A DNA stretch of 43,344 nt from a bacterium. Its GTDB lineage: Bacteria > Sysuimicrobiota > Sysuimicrobiia > Sysuimicrobiales > Segetimicrobiaceae. Positions 1-9,419 of this stretch are shown piece after piece. The notes under the pieces were generated by a model. That model saw nothing but the letters and a program-made list of their open reading frames with translations. It searched no databases and was not told where the DNA came from. The stretch spans positions 1 through 43,344 of the forward strand of contig DATHLI010000251.1 of NCBI GenBank assembly GCA_035488355.1. Reading direction: 5' to 3'. A program made the translations under genes and the position numbers. Position 1 is the stretch's first letter, and every line of letters starts with the position of its first letter.

Positions 1-70
1 GTCCGATGAGCCGGATGTCATCGCGCCGGCGGGCGAGCCAACGTCGCGCTGACGTGGCCTGATCGATCAC

Positions 71-550
71 GTGAAGGCGACGAAGAAACCGACGCCGCAG
101 CAGATCGCCGAAGCCGCCCGCGACGCCATGTGGGCGCAGGACAAGGCCAGCCGCGCGCTCGGCATGAAGATTACCGGGGTCGGCCCGGGCCGTGCGGCCA
201 TCCGCATGGCGGTGCGCCCGGAGATGTGCAACGGCCACCTCATCTGTCACGGCGGCATGATCTTTGCGCTCGCCGACTCGGCCTTCGCATTCGCCTGCAA
301 CTCGCACAACAAAGTGACGGTGGCGAACAACTGCACGATCAGCTTTATTGCGCCCGCGCGCGAGGGCGACACCCTCATCGCGGAGGCCGTTGAACGCCAC
401 CGGGGCGGGCGATCGGGCGTATACGACGTAACGATCACCAACCAGGACGCTGAGCTCATCGCCCTGTTCCGCGGCCACTCCACCCAGGTCAAAGGCGAGC
501 TGGTGCCGGGGCTCACGCCGGAGCCCCCCAAACACGATCGGCGCGAATAG
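71..550 (+). CDS. paaI: PaaI-type hotdog-fold acyl-CoA thioesterase
   Basis: 159-aa ORF with GTG start. The stretch CNGHLICHGGMIFALADSAFAFACNS and the overall size and layout match the PaaI/PaaD thioesterase family as I recall it. Confidence 0.8.
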   Translation: MKATKKPTPQQIAEAARDAMWAQDKASRALGMKITGVGPGRAAIRMAVRPEMCNGHLICHGGMIFALADSAFAFACNSHNKVTVANNCTISFIAPAREGDTLIAEAVERHRGGRSGVYDVTITNQDAELIALFRGHSTQVKGELVPGLTPEPPKHDRRE

Positions 551-569
551 CGGCGGGAAAGGGAAGACC

Positions 570-1181
570 ATGAGCCTGCGTGAGTACCAGCGGAAGCGGC
601 GCTTCGGCGTGACGCCGGAACCGCCCGGGCAGCCCGGCCCGCCCGCCCGGCGAACCGGACGGCTGCGGTACGTCATCCACCAACACCAGGCCAGGCAGCT
701 CCATTACGACCTCCGCCTCGAGTGGAACGGCGTCCTCCTCTCGTGGGCGGTGCCCAAGGGGCCGTCGCCCGATCCGGCGGTCAAGCGCCTGGCGGTGCGC
801 GTGGAAGACCATCCGGTAGACTACGCGGCCTTCGAAGGGATGATCCCGGAGGGCGAGTACGGCGCGGGGGCGGTGCTGGTCTGGGATCGTGGGACCTGGG
901 CTCCTGACGACGAGGACGTGGATGCCGCGCTCCGGCGGGGTGAGCTGAAGTTCACCCTGCACGGGACAAAACTCAAAGGGTCCTGGGTGCTCGTCCGGAC
1001 GCGCAGCGGCTATGGGGGCTCTTCCGGGCGGTCGGCCTGGCTGCTGATCAAGCACCGCGACGCCTACGCTTCCGATCGCCAGCTTACGGCCTCGATGCCG
1101 CGCTCCGTCATTTCGAAGCGGACGCTCGCCGAGATCACAAAAGCCAACAAAGCCGCCGTTGAGCGGGCCCGCGCCCATTGA
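570..1181 (+). CDS. ligD: Stand-alone LigD 3'-phosphoesterase (PE) domain protein
   Basis: 203 aa. Motifs REYQRKRRFGVTPEP, HYDLRLE, SWAVPKGPS and VEDHPVDY are typical of the LigD PE domain. The stop overlaps the next start (TTGA at 1178-1181). Confidence 0.85.
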   Translation: MSLREYQRKRRFGVTPEPPGQPGPPARRTGRLRYVIHQHQARQLHYDLRLEWNGVLLSWAVPKGPSPDPAVKRLAVRVEDHPVDYAAFEGMIPEGEYGAGAVLVWDRGTWAPDDEDVDAALRRGELKFTLHGTKLKGSWVLVRTRSGYGGSSGRSAWLLIKHRDAYASDRQLTASMPRSVISKRTLAEITKANKAAVERARAH

Positions 1182-2104
1182 GCGACCGGATCCCGTTCCG
1201 CGTGCAGCCGATGCTCGCCACCCTGGTGAAGGACCCCTTCCACCGGCCGGGATGGGTCTACGAGGAGAAATACGACGGCGACCGCATCCTGGCGTACAAG
1301 GAAGGGGAGCGGATCCGGCTCCTCTCGAGAAATGCGAAGGACCACACCGCACAGTTCGGGCGGATCGGCGCCGCCATCACGGCGTTGCCATCCCGCACAC
1401 TGCTGCTGGACGGCGAGGTGGTGGTCTTCGATCGCCACGGGGTCTCCCGCTTCCAGCTGTTGCAGCAGGGCCGGGGCGAGCCCACCTATGCGGTCTTCGA
1501 TTGCCTCTACCGGGACGGCGGCGACCTGCGCCGGGAGCCCTTGACCGTCCGCCGGAGGATCCTCGAGAACGCCGTCGGCAGGAGCGAGCGCCTCCTCGTG
1601 GCGCGGCGCCTGGACGAGAACGGGCTCGCCGCCTACGGGGCGGCGAAGGAGAAGGGCTACGAGGGGGTCGTGGCCAAGGACCTGTCCTCGCCCTACATCG
1701 AGAAGCGCTCCACGGCGTGGCTGAAGGTCAAAGTCCGCCAGAAAGACGAATTCGTGATCGTCGGCTACACACCGCCGAGCAGGAACCGCAGGTCCTTCGG
1801 GGCGCTCCTGCTCGGCGCCTACGATCATGGCGCCCTCAGGTACGTGGGCAAGGTCGGGACGGGCTTCAGCGAGAGCACGCTGGCCTCGCTCTTTCGCGCC
1901 TTCCAGCCGCTGGTGCGGAAGACCCCGCCGCTCGCCGACCCCCCACGCGAGCGCGGCGTCACCTACCTGACCCCGCGCCTTGTCGCCCAGATCGCCTATG
2001 AGGAGTGGACGGCGGACCGAAAACTGCGGCAACCGGCGTTCCTCGGGCTGCGCGATGACAAGCGGCCGGGGGATGTCGTGATGCCGGTCGCGGAACCGGC
2101 ATGA
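1178..2104 (+). CDS. ligD: ATP-dependent DNA ligase (LigD ligase domain, stand-alone)
   Basis: 308 aa with TTG start. Contains adenylation motif I EEKYDGDR (KxDG), then LLDGEVVVF and WLKVK. The size fits a minimal NHEJ-type ligase. Confidence 0.88.
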   Translation: MSDRIPFRVQPMLATLVKDPFHRPGWVYEEKYDGDRILAYKEGERIRLLSRNAKDHTAQFGRIGAAITALPSRTLLLDGEVVVFDRHGVSRFQLLQQGRGEPTYAVFDCLYRDGGDLRREPLTVRRRILENAVGRSERLLVARRLDENGLAAYGAAKEKGYEGVVAKDLSSPYIEKRSTAWLKVKVRQKDEFVIVGYTPPSRNRRSFGALLLGAYDHGALRYVGKVGTGFSESTLASLFRAFQPLVRKTPPLADPPRERGVTYLTPRLVAQIAYEEWTADRKLRQPAFLGLRDDKRPGDVVMPVAEPA

Positions 2105-3015
2105 CGAAGCCGGAGGCCGTCAAGGTAGACGTCCGCGGGCTCCCGCTTGGCATCACGCATCCGGACAAGGTGTTCTGGCCCGACGAAGGCTATACGAAGC
2201 TCGACCTCGCGAACTACTACGACCAGGTGTTTCCGCACCTCGTGCCCTACGTCAAGGACCGCCTCCTGACCCTCGAGCGATGCCCCGACGGGATGCGGGG
2301 GGAATGCTTCTATCAACGGGAAGCGCCTCGGGGGATGCCGGCGGGGATCCCGACGAAACGCATCCGAGATAAGACGGGACTGACCAACTACGTCGTGGGC
2401 GGCCTCCGCACGACGCAGCTGGAACTCGTCAACCTGGGGTGCATCGCCGTCCACGTTTGGGGGAGCCGCGCCCAGGCGGCGAAGCGGCCGGACTGGGTCT
2501 GCTTCGATGTCGATCCGGGGTCGGGAAAGTTCGCCGATGCGGCCCGCGCCGGCCATCGGATCAACGACGCGCTGGCCGCGCTAGGGCTGGTCTCCTTTCC
2601 GAAGACGTCGGGGAGCCGGGGGCTCCACGTGCTCGTTCCCATCCGTGTGGGCCCGGACGCTCAGGAGGTCCTGATGTTCGCGGAAGCGTTTGGGCGGCGG
2701 CTCGCGGCCGCCTATCCCAAGGACCTGACGGTTGAGGCGCACATCGCTGAGCGGCGGGGCCGTGTGTACCTCGATCCGTTCCGCAACGGGTTCGCGCAGA
2801 CGGTGGTCGCGCCGTTTTCGGTGCGGCGCCGCCCCAAGGCGCCCATCTCGACCCCACTCCACTGGTCCGAGGTGAGCCCTGCGCTCGTGCCGTCGAACTT
2901 CAACCTGGGGACCTTTGCGAAGCGCCTGGCGGAACCCGACCCCTGGAAGGAGTTCTTCCGGAAGCGCCAGTCGCTCGGACCCGCGATGAAGGCTGTGCAG
3001 GAGGACAATGATTAG
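2101..3015 (+). CDS. ligD: LigD polymerase/primase (AEP) domain protein, stand-alone
   Basis: 304 aa. The ATG overlaps the upstream stop (ATGA 2101-2104). Motifs ITHPDKVFWP, CFDVDPG (DxD) and SGSRGLHVLVP are typical of the LigD Pol domain. Confidence 0.88.
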   Translation: MTKPEAVKVDVRGLPLGITHPDKVFWPDEGYTKLDLANYYDQVFPHLVPYVKDRLLTLERCPDGMRGECFYQREAPRGMPAGIPTKRIRDKTGLTNYVVGGLRTTQLELVNLGCIAVHVWGSRAQAAKRPDWVCFDVDPGSGKFADAARAGHRINDALAALGLVSFPKTSGSRGLHVLVPIRVGPDAQEVLMFAEAFGRRLAAAYPKDLTVEAHIAERRGRVYLDPFRNGFAQTVVAPFSVRRRPKAPISTPLHWSEVSPALVPSNFNLGTFAKRLAEPDPWKEFFRKRQSLGPAMKAVQEDND

Positions 3016-3150
3016 GCGCTCACTGCGCCCAGGACTTGTCTCGGAACGCGCGTCGGTGAGAAGGCACCGGCGGGGTAGGAGGCGCAGCGGGCGCAGGCGA
3101 ATCGCTAGGTCGAGGTGGAGTGTCTCACGCGATTCGAGGGGGGTTAGCTG

Positions 3151-4179
3151 ATGATGAAGGGCGTTGGGCGCGCGGTGGCGGCTGTGGCCGTGTTCGTGAC
3201 GGGATTCGTGGGATTTGGCGCGAACGTGGGGCCGGCGACGGGAGCGATGTCTCCGTCGCAGATGCGCTTTGTCAACATCGTGAAGCTGACGGGCATCAAC
3301 TGGTTCAACCGCATGGACACCGGGCTCCAGGCATTCGCGAAGAAGACGGGGGTGCGGGCGGAGCAAACCGGGCCGGCGCAGGCAACAGCCGAGGGACAGG
3401 TGTCGATCATCCAGAACCTGATCCCGCAGAAGCCGACATTGATCGGTGTGGTGCCGAACAACCAGCAGGCGCTCGAAGGCGTTCTGCAGCGCGCGCAGAC
3501 GGCGCACATCGTCGTCGTCGCCCAGGAGGCGTCGGCGCTTCAACACACGGACATCGATATCGAGGCATTCAGCAATGGCGACTACGGCGCCAGCATGATG
3601 GACGCGCTGGCGCAGTGCATGGGGGGGAAGGGCCAGTACGCAGCGTCCGTGGGCCATCTGACCGCTCAGAGCCACATGGAGTGGGTCCAGGCGGCCCTGG
3701 CCCAGGCGCAGAAAAAATATCCCGGGATCCACCGCGTGAGTGATCCGGTGGAATCGAACGAGGACGCGAACGTGGCCTATCAAAAGACCAAGGCGCTGCT
3801 GGCCAAGTACCCTGGACTCCGCGGGTTCGAGGGGAGCGCGGCCACGGATATTGTGGGCGCCGCGCGGGCGGTCACCGAGGTTGGGCTCGCCGGGAAGGTC
3901 TGCATCGTCGGGACGAGCCTGCCGTCGTTGACCCGGCAGTTCGTCGAGAACGGGACGATCTACAAGATCTTCCTGTGGGACCCGGCGCTTGCCGGCGAGG
4001 CTGCCATGTACGCCGGGCTGATGCTCGCGGAAGGGAAGCATGTCGGCGCCGGAGCGAACCTGGGCGTCCCCGGATACACGAACATTCAGCCATGCGGCGG
4101 GAATACGTCGCCGCACTGTTTCCGCGGCACGGCTCAGCTCGGGCTCGGGAAGGAGACCATCGGCCAGTACAACTTCTGA
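3151..4179 (+). CDS. Sugar ABC transporter substrate-binding protein, LsrB/RhaS-like
   Basis: 342 aa with a GAGGGGGG Shine-Dalgarno upstream and a hydrophobic N-terminal signal-like segment. Collinear resemblance to LsrB/RhaS-type binding proteins (GQVSIIQNLI, KIFLWDP, C-terminal IGQYNF). Confidence 0.8.
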   Translation: MMKGVGRAVAAVAVFVTGFVGFGANVGPATGAMSPSQMRFVNIVKLTGINWFNRMDTGLQAFAKKTGVRAEQTGPAQATAEGQVSIIQNLIPQKPTLIGVVPNNQQALEGVLQRAQTAHIVVVAQEASALQHTDIDIEAFSNGDYGASMMDALAQCMGGKGQYAASVGHLTAQSHMEWVQAALAQAQKKYPGIHRVSDPVESNEDANVAYQKTKALLAKYPGLRGFEGSAATDIVGAARAVTEVGLAGKVCIVGTSLPSLTRQFVENGTIYKIFLWDPALAGEAAMYAGLMLAEGKHVGAGANLGVPGYTNIQPCGGNTSPHCFRGTAQLGLGKETIGQYNF

Positions 4180-4348
4180 CCTCCCCGGAACGCCGGTCCA
4201 CGCTTGGCAGGGGCCGCGGGCCGTCCTCGCCGAGGGATGACGGCCCCGCGCGGCCTCGGCGGGCGGGTGGGCTTCCCAGGAGGCGGGTGCTAGCGTCCCG
4301 GCGTTCGGAGCCGATGCGCTCTCCCCGCGACCCGGCAGGGCGCGTCCC

Positions 4349-5839
4349 GTGACGGTCGAGGTGCTGCGCCTGGGGGGGATCTCCAAGCGCTTCGGCGGCG
4401 TCCAGGCATTGCGCGATGTGGACTTCGCGGTGCAGCAGAGTTCGGTGCACTGCCTGATCGGCGAGAACGGATCGGGGAAGTCCACGCTGATCAAGATCGC
4501 GACCGGCGTGTTCGCGCCGGACGCCGGCACGATCGACATCGCCGGCCGCACCCACGAGATGCTCACGCCGCTGCAGGCGATCCGGTACGGCGTCGAGGTG
4601 ATCCACCAGGATCTCTCCCTGTTCCCGAACCTGACCGCGGCCGAGAATATCGCGATCGCCCCGTATCTCGCGCAGGGCCGGCGGCTGTTCCGGCACCGGC
4701 ACGCTCGGGAGATCGCGGACGGGGTCATCCGCCAGATCGGCATCGCGCTCGACCTCGATGCCGCCGTCGAAGACCTCTCGGTGGCGGACAGGCAACTCAC
4801 CGCGATCTGCCGTGCCCTTGCCCAGGACGCGCGGATCATGTTCATGGACGAGCCCACGGCCGCCCTGACGTGGCGGGAGGTGGAGGCGCTGTTTGCGGCG
4901 GTGCGGCGGCTGACGGCGCGCGGCGTCGCGGTTGTCTTCATCAGCCACAAGCTCGACGAAGTCCTCACGATCGCCGATGACATCACCGTGCTCCGGAACG
5001 GGATGCTGGTGGCGAACGGACCTGCGCGCGACTTCGACCGGGCCGCGCTGATCCGGGCGATGACCGGCCGCGAGATCGTGGACCGCCGCGGCGAGTGGAC
5101 GGTGCCGCCGGACGCGCCGGCCGTGCTCGAGGTCCGGGCGCTGACCGCGCCCCGAGCGTTCGCCGAGGTGTCGTTCACCGTCCGGAAGGGGGAGATCGTG
5201 GGGCTGGCCGGCCTGCTGGGATCCGGCACCATGGACGTCGTCGAGGCGTTGTTTGGGATCGTGCGGACGGCCGGGGGCCAGATCATCGTCGGGGGCAGGG
5301 CGCGGAGGATCCGGCTGCCGACGGATGCGATCGCCGCCGGCATCGGCTACGTGCCGAACGATCGCCTCACCCAGGGGCTGTTCCTCCGGCACCCCATCAG
5401 TTGGAACATTATCGCAGCGCGCGTCGATGCGGTGACCACCCGGTGGGGCTTCATCCGCTGGGGGGCGGTCGCCGCCAACGCGCAGCGCATGATGAACGAG
5501 CTGCACATCGTGTCCGCCTCCCCGGCGACCGTGGTGGGGCATCTCTCGGGCGGAAACCAGCAGCGCGTCGTGCTCGCCAAGTGGCTGTGGACGCAGCCGG
5601 CGCTCCTGCTGCTGAACGGGCCGACGGTGGGGGTGGACGTTGGATCGAAGGAGGAGATCTACCGTCTCCTCCGGAGCCTCAGCGAGCGCGGCACCGCGGC
5701 CGTCGTCGCGTCGGACGACGTCCCCGAGCTGGTGGCCATCTGCCATCGCGTCCTGGTGATGCGCCGCGGGCGCATCGTCACGGAGTTCTCGGGGGCGCGG
5801 GTGACGGAAGATGCCATCTTGCGTGAGCTGCACGCATGA
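4349..5839 (+). CDS. Sugar ABC transporter ATP-binding protein with two fused NBDs (RbsA/LsrA type)
   Basis: 496 aa with GTG start. Walker A GENGSGKST, Walker B IMFMDEPT, and a second-half signature LSGGNQQR. Confidence 0.9.
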   Translation: MTVEVLRLGGISKRFGGVQALRDVDFAVQQSSVHCLIGENGSGKSTLIKIATGVFAPDAGTIDIAGRTHEMLTPLQAIRYGVEVIHQDLSLFPNLTAAENIAIAPYLAQGRRLFRHRHAREIADGVIRQIGIALDLDAAVEDLSVADRQLTAICRALAQDARIMFMDEPTAALTWREVEALFAAVRRLTARGVAVVFISHKLDEVLTIADDITVLRNGMLVANGPARDFDRAALIRAMTGREIVDRRGEWTVPPDAPAVLEVRALTAPRAFAEVSFTVRKGEIVGLAGLLGSGTMDVVEALFGIVRTAGGQIIVGGRARRIRLPTDAIAAGIGYVPNDRLTQGLFLRHPISWNIIAARVDAVTTRWGFIRWGAVAANAQRMMNELHIVSASPATVVGHLSGGNQQRVVLAKWLWTQPALLLLNGPTVGVDVGSKEEIYRLLRSLSERGTAAVVASDDVPELVAICHRVLVMRRGRIVTEFSGARVTEDAILRELHA

Positions 5840-6873
5840 GCGGGCCCGCGCGCGTCCTGCGCGCCGCGTCGCGCCTCCGGGGCCGCAACAACGAAGGGTT
5901 CGTGGCCGCGACGATGGCCCTGGTGGTGGTGCTGGTGGGCGGCATCGACAGCCGGTTCTGGAGCCTCGCCACCGTCTTCAACGTCCTGCACGACTCGTTC
6001 GAGCCGCTCGTGTTTTCCCTCGGCTTCCTCATGGTGCTGCTGACCGGCGGGATCGACGTCTCGTTCGACGCGATCGGCATCTTCGCAGGCTACACCCTCT
6101 CCCTGTCGGCCGGGCGTCCCTGGCTCGCCAGCCACGTGCTCCCGGCGTTTGTCGCGGCGGCGGCCATCGGGCTCGGGCTGGGCGTCGTCAACGCGGCGGC
6201 GACCGCCATTCTGCGCCTTCCCGTGCTGATCGTTACGCTGGGGACGCGGGGGATCATTGCGGGAGTCCTCCTCTCCGCCGTCGGATCGACGTACGTGTCC
6301 GTCCTTCCGGGCGCGCTCGGCGCATTCCCGGGCCGGGACCTCATCCGGGTTCAGGCGGGCGGCGGCCAGTCGGTCGGCCTGCACGTGCTGGTCATCCCGC
6401 TCGTCCTGCTGTGTCTGGGGCTGGCGTTCTTCCTCCGGCAGACGGTCCTGGGGCGCGGCATTTACGCCGTGGGCGGCGACCTCGAGGCGGCGCGCCGGGT
6501 GGGGTTCCCGGTGCGCTGGATCCAGGGGTTCGTGCTCTGCCTTGCGGGCACGTTTGCGGGGCTTGCCGGGATGATCCACGTGTCGCTGATCGGCTACGGG
6601 AATCCCTTTGACCTGGTGGGGTTGGAGCTGAACGTGATCGCCGCGGTCGTGCTGGGTGGCGCGTCGATCTTCGGCGGGAGAGGATCCGTCGTCGGAACGA
6701 TCCTGGGCGTGCTCTTCGTCTCGCTCATCAACTACTCGTTGATCCTGCTGGGCATCCCGAGCACGTGGCAGCAGGTCGCCATCGGCATCCTCCTGGTGTT
6801 GGGGATCCTGGCGCAGACCGTCAGCCGGCGCCGCGCCAGGAGCTTCCTGGCCACCGGCGGGGCGAGCGCATGA
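5836..6873 (+). CDS. Sugar ABC transporter permease (RbsC/LsrC type)
   Basis: 345 aa, multi-pass hydrophobic. ATGA overlap with the ATPase gene at 5836-5839. Confidence 0.88.
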   Translation: MSGPARVLRAASRLRGRNNEGFVAATMALVVVLVGGIDSRFWSLATVFNVLHDSFEPLVFSLGFLMVLLTGGIDVSFDAIGIFAGYTLSLSAGRPWLASHVLPAFVAAAAIGLGLGVVNAAATAILRLPVLIVTLGTRGIIAGVLLSAVGSTYVSVLPGALGAFPGRDLIRVQAGGGQSVGLHVLVIPLVLLCLGLAFFLRQTVLGRGIYAVGGDLEAARRVGFPVRWIQGFVLCLAGTFAGLAGMIHVSLIGYGNPFDLVGLELNVIAAVVLGGASIFGGRGSVVGTILGVLFVSLINYSLILLGIPSTWQQVAIGILLVLGILAQTVSRRRARSFLATGGASA

Positions 6874-7919
6874 TGGCCGGATTCGGGCGCCTGAGCGGGT
6901 GGATGCGGGGCGAGCGCAGCCCACGGCAGCTCTTCATCGCGGCCGCGGCGGTGTTCCTCGTCTTCTCCGCCGCCTCGTCGCGCACGTTCCCGTCGGTCGC
7001 AAATTTACAATCGATGGGATTCCAGTTCCCCGAGATGGGACTCCTCGGCCTCGGCGTGATGCTCTCCATGGTGACGGGCGGCATCGATCTGTCGATGGTG
7101 GCGATCGCCGACCTGGCGGGTTTGACGGCCGCCGAGTTCTTCCACCCCATGGGCGGGGGGGCTCCGCCCGCCGGATCGTGGAGTCAGGTCGTCGTGGGGG
7201 GAACCGTCGCGCTGGCCGTCGGCGCCGGGTGCGGCGCCGTGAACGGCCTGTTGATCGGCGGGCTGCGCATCCCGCCCATTCTCGCGACGCTCGCGACCTC
7301 GGAGCTCTTCGGCGGCCTGGCGATCGCGTGGACGGGCGGACAGGCCATCGTCGGGCTGCCCCAGCGATTCCTCGAGATCGGAAATGCCAGCCCGGCCGGG
7401 GTGCCGGTCCCCGTCGTCTTGTTCGCGGCGGCCGCCGCGGCGACCGCCGTGCTGCTCAACTGGCGCAGGCTGGGGCTCCTGATGACTCTGGTCGGCGCCA
7501 ACCCGGTGGCCGCTCAGTTCTCCGGGATCCGGGCGCTCAGCGTGCTGGTCGGCACTTACGTCGCGAGCGGGCTCCTGGCGGCCCTGGCCGGGGTGATCAT
7601 CATCGCGCGCACCGCGAGCGCGACCCCCGACTACGGCCAATCGTACATCCTCCTGTCGGTCGTGATCGCGGTGCTCGCCGGCGTGGACCCCAACGGCGGG
7701 TTCGGAACCGTCACCGGCGTTGTGCTCGCGACCCTCTGTCTGGTGATGATCCAGGCCGGGTTCATCGGTCTGGGGTTCAGCCAGTTCCTGTACGAGATCG
7801 CGCAGGGCGGCATCCTTATTGCGGTGCTGTCGTTCCAGGCGGCGCGCCAAGGAAGACGACAAGAGCCGCAGCGCCGGCGGGGGCCCGCGCCGGCGCCGCC
7901 GCGGAGCGAGGCGGTGTGA
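6870..7919 (+). CDS. Sugar ABC transporter permease (RbsC/LsrD type)
   Basis: Start moved to the ATG at 6870 (MMAGFGRLSG...), which forms an ATGA overlap with the previous stop. The tracked ORF from 6765 would overlap the first permease. 349 aa, multi-pass hydrophobic. Confidence 0.85.
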   Translation: MMAGFGRLSGWMRGERSPRQLFIAAAAVFLVFSAASSRTFPSVANLQSMGFQFPEMGLLGLGVMLSMVTGGIDLSMVAIADLAGLTAAEFFHPMGGGAPPAGSWSQVVVGGTVALAVGAGCGAVNGLLIGGLRIPPILATLATSELFGGLAIAWTGGQAIVGLPQRFLEIGNASPAGVPVPVVLFAAAAAATAVLLNWRRLGLLMTLVGANPVAAQFSGIRALSVLVGTYVASGLLAALAGVIIIARTASATPDYGQSYILLSVVIAVLAGVDPNGGFGTVTGVVLATLCLVMIQAGFIGLGFSQFLYEIAQGGILIAVLSFQAARQGRRQEPQRRRGPAPAPPRSEAV

Positions 7920-9376
7920 TGTTCCTGGGCGTGGACATCGGAACGTCGAGCAGCAAAGCCGTGCTCGTCTCGGGGTCGGGGAAGGTCGTCGCGAGCGCAA
8001 CCCGGAGTCACGGGGTCTCCACGCCGAAACCTGAATGGTTCGAGCACGACGCGGATGCGACATGGTGGGGCGAAGCCTGCGCGCTGATCCGGGAGCTCGG
8101 GGGGACCGCGGGCGTTTCCGCGATCACGGCGGTCGGCGTGAGCGCCATCGGCCCGGCCCTCCTCGTCTCCGACGCCGCCGGCCGGCCCCTGCGGCCGGCA
8201 ATCCTCTACGGGATCGACACGCGGGCAACGGCGGAGATCGACGAGCTGACGGCACGCTTCGGAGAAGCGACGCTGATGGACGTGGCAGGCAACCGCCTGA
8301 CGAGCCAGGCGGTGGGTCCCAAACTGGCGTGGATTCGCCGGCACGAGCCGGAGACGTGGGGGAAGACCCGGCGGTGGTTTCTGGCGTCGGGCTATCTGGT
8401 GTTCCGGCTCACGGGCGAGTACGTCGCCGACCACTATTCCGCGAGCGCCAGCAGTCCGTTGTACGACCTTCGGGCCCGGACGTGGTGGGATGAAGCCTGG
8501 CATGAAATCGCCCCCGCAGTGCGGCCTCCACGCCTCGCCTGGCCCGGCGAGGTGGTCGGGCGCGTCACCCCGGGAGCGGCCGCGGACACGGGACTCCCGG
8601 AGGGGACGCCGGTGATCGCCGGCACGATTGATGCCCTGGCCGAAGCCTACAGCGCGGGATGCCGCCAGGTAGGCGACACGATGGTGATGTACGGCTCGAC
8701 GCTGTTTTTGATCCAGACCGTTGCCGCCCCGGCTCCTCATCCGGGACTGTGGGCGGCCACCGGGCGCACGCCGGCGACCTATTCGGTGGCCGCCGGAATG
8801 GCGACCTCGGGGTTGATTACGACCTGGTTTGCCGACCTGGTGCAATCCGGTGTGCCCGCGCTGGTCGAGGCGGCCGGGCGCATCCCGCCCGGCAGCGAAG
8901 GTCTCGTGCTCCTTCCGTATTTCGCCGGGGAGCGCACGCCGCTCTTCGATCCCCAGGCGCGCGGCTGCTGGATGGGGCTGACCCTGCGTCACACCCGGGC
9001 GCACCTCTACCGATCGATCCTGGAGGGGGTGGCCTACGGGGCCCGCCACAACCTCGAGACGATGACCGAGGCCGGGGGGCGCCCCCGGCGCCTGTTCGCC
9101 GTCGGCGGCGGCACTCGAGGCTCGCTGTGGACCCAGATCATCAGCGACGTCACGCGGCTCCGTCAGTTTGTCCCGACCATTACGGTCGGCGCGTCCTACG
9201 GGGACGCACAGATGGCTGCGGATGCGGCCGGGGTCGAGACCGGATCATGGAATCCGGTTGCGCACGTCATCGAGCCCGACGGCTCGAACGGCGCCCTCTA
9301 CGACCGCCTGTACGGCATCTACCGCCGGGCGTATCCCGCCTTGCGCGATGACCTGCACACGCTCGGAGCGTCGTAG
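7919..9376 (+). CDS. FGGY-family carbohydrate kinase (xylulokinase/LsrK-like)
   Basis: 485 aa from the ATG at 7919 (TGATG junction with the permease stop). N-terminus MFLGVDIGTSSSKAVL and later GGGTRGSLWTQI are FGGY kinase hallmarks. The tracked ORF start at 6899 is an out-of-gene extension. Confidence 0.88.
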   Translation: MFLGVDIGTSSSKAVLVSGSGKVVASATRSHGVSTPKPEWFEHDADATWWGEACALIRELGGTAGVSAITAVGVSAIGPALLVSDAAGRPLRPAILYGIDTRATAEIDELTARFGEATLMDVAGNRLTSQAVGPKLAWIRRHEPETWGKTRRWFLASGYLVFRLTGEYVADHYSASASSPLYDLRARTWWDEAWHEIAPAVRPPRLAWPGEVVGRVTPGAAADTGLPEGTPVIAGTIDALAEAYSAGCRQVGDTMVMYGSTLFLIQTVAAPAPHPGLWAATGRTPATYSVAAGMATSGLITTWFADLVQSGVPALVEAAGRIPPGSEGLVLLPYFAGERTPLFDPQARGCWMGLTLRHTRAHLYRSILEGVAYGARHNLETMTEAGGRPRRLFAVGGGTRGSLWTQIISDVTRLRQFVPTITVGASYGDAQMAADAAGVETGSWNPVAHVIEPDGSNGALYDRLYGIYRRAYPALRDDLHTLGAS

Positions 9377-9419
9377 CCGCTGAGGGCACCGGGCGAAGAG
9401 GTGGAGGGAGCGTGCTGAG

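Noticed and set aside
2581-5343. 920-aa minus-strand ORF (and the overlapping 653-aa ORF 3872-5833) spanning the LigD-Pol, binding-protein and ATPase genes
   Set aside because: It is antisense to three well-recognised plus-strand genes. Its Arg/Ala/Pro/Ser-rich low-complexity translation is typical of spurious open frames in high-GC DNA, and it has no recognisable motifs.
6899-7918. 340-codon N-terminal extension of the FGGY kinase ORF
   Set aside because: It lies entirely inside the second permease gene in another frame. The kinase family N-terminus (MFLGVDIGTSSSK) begins at 7919.
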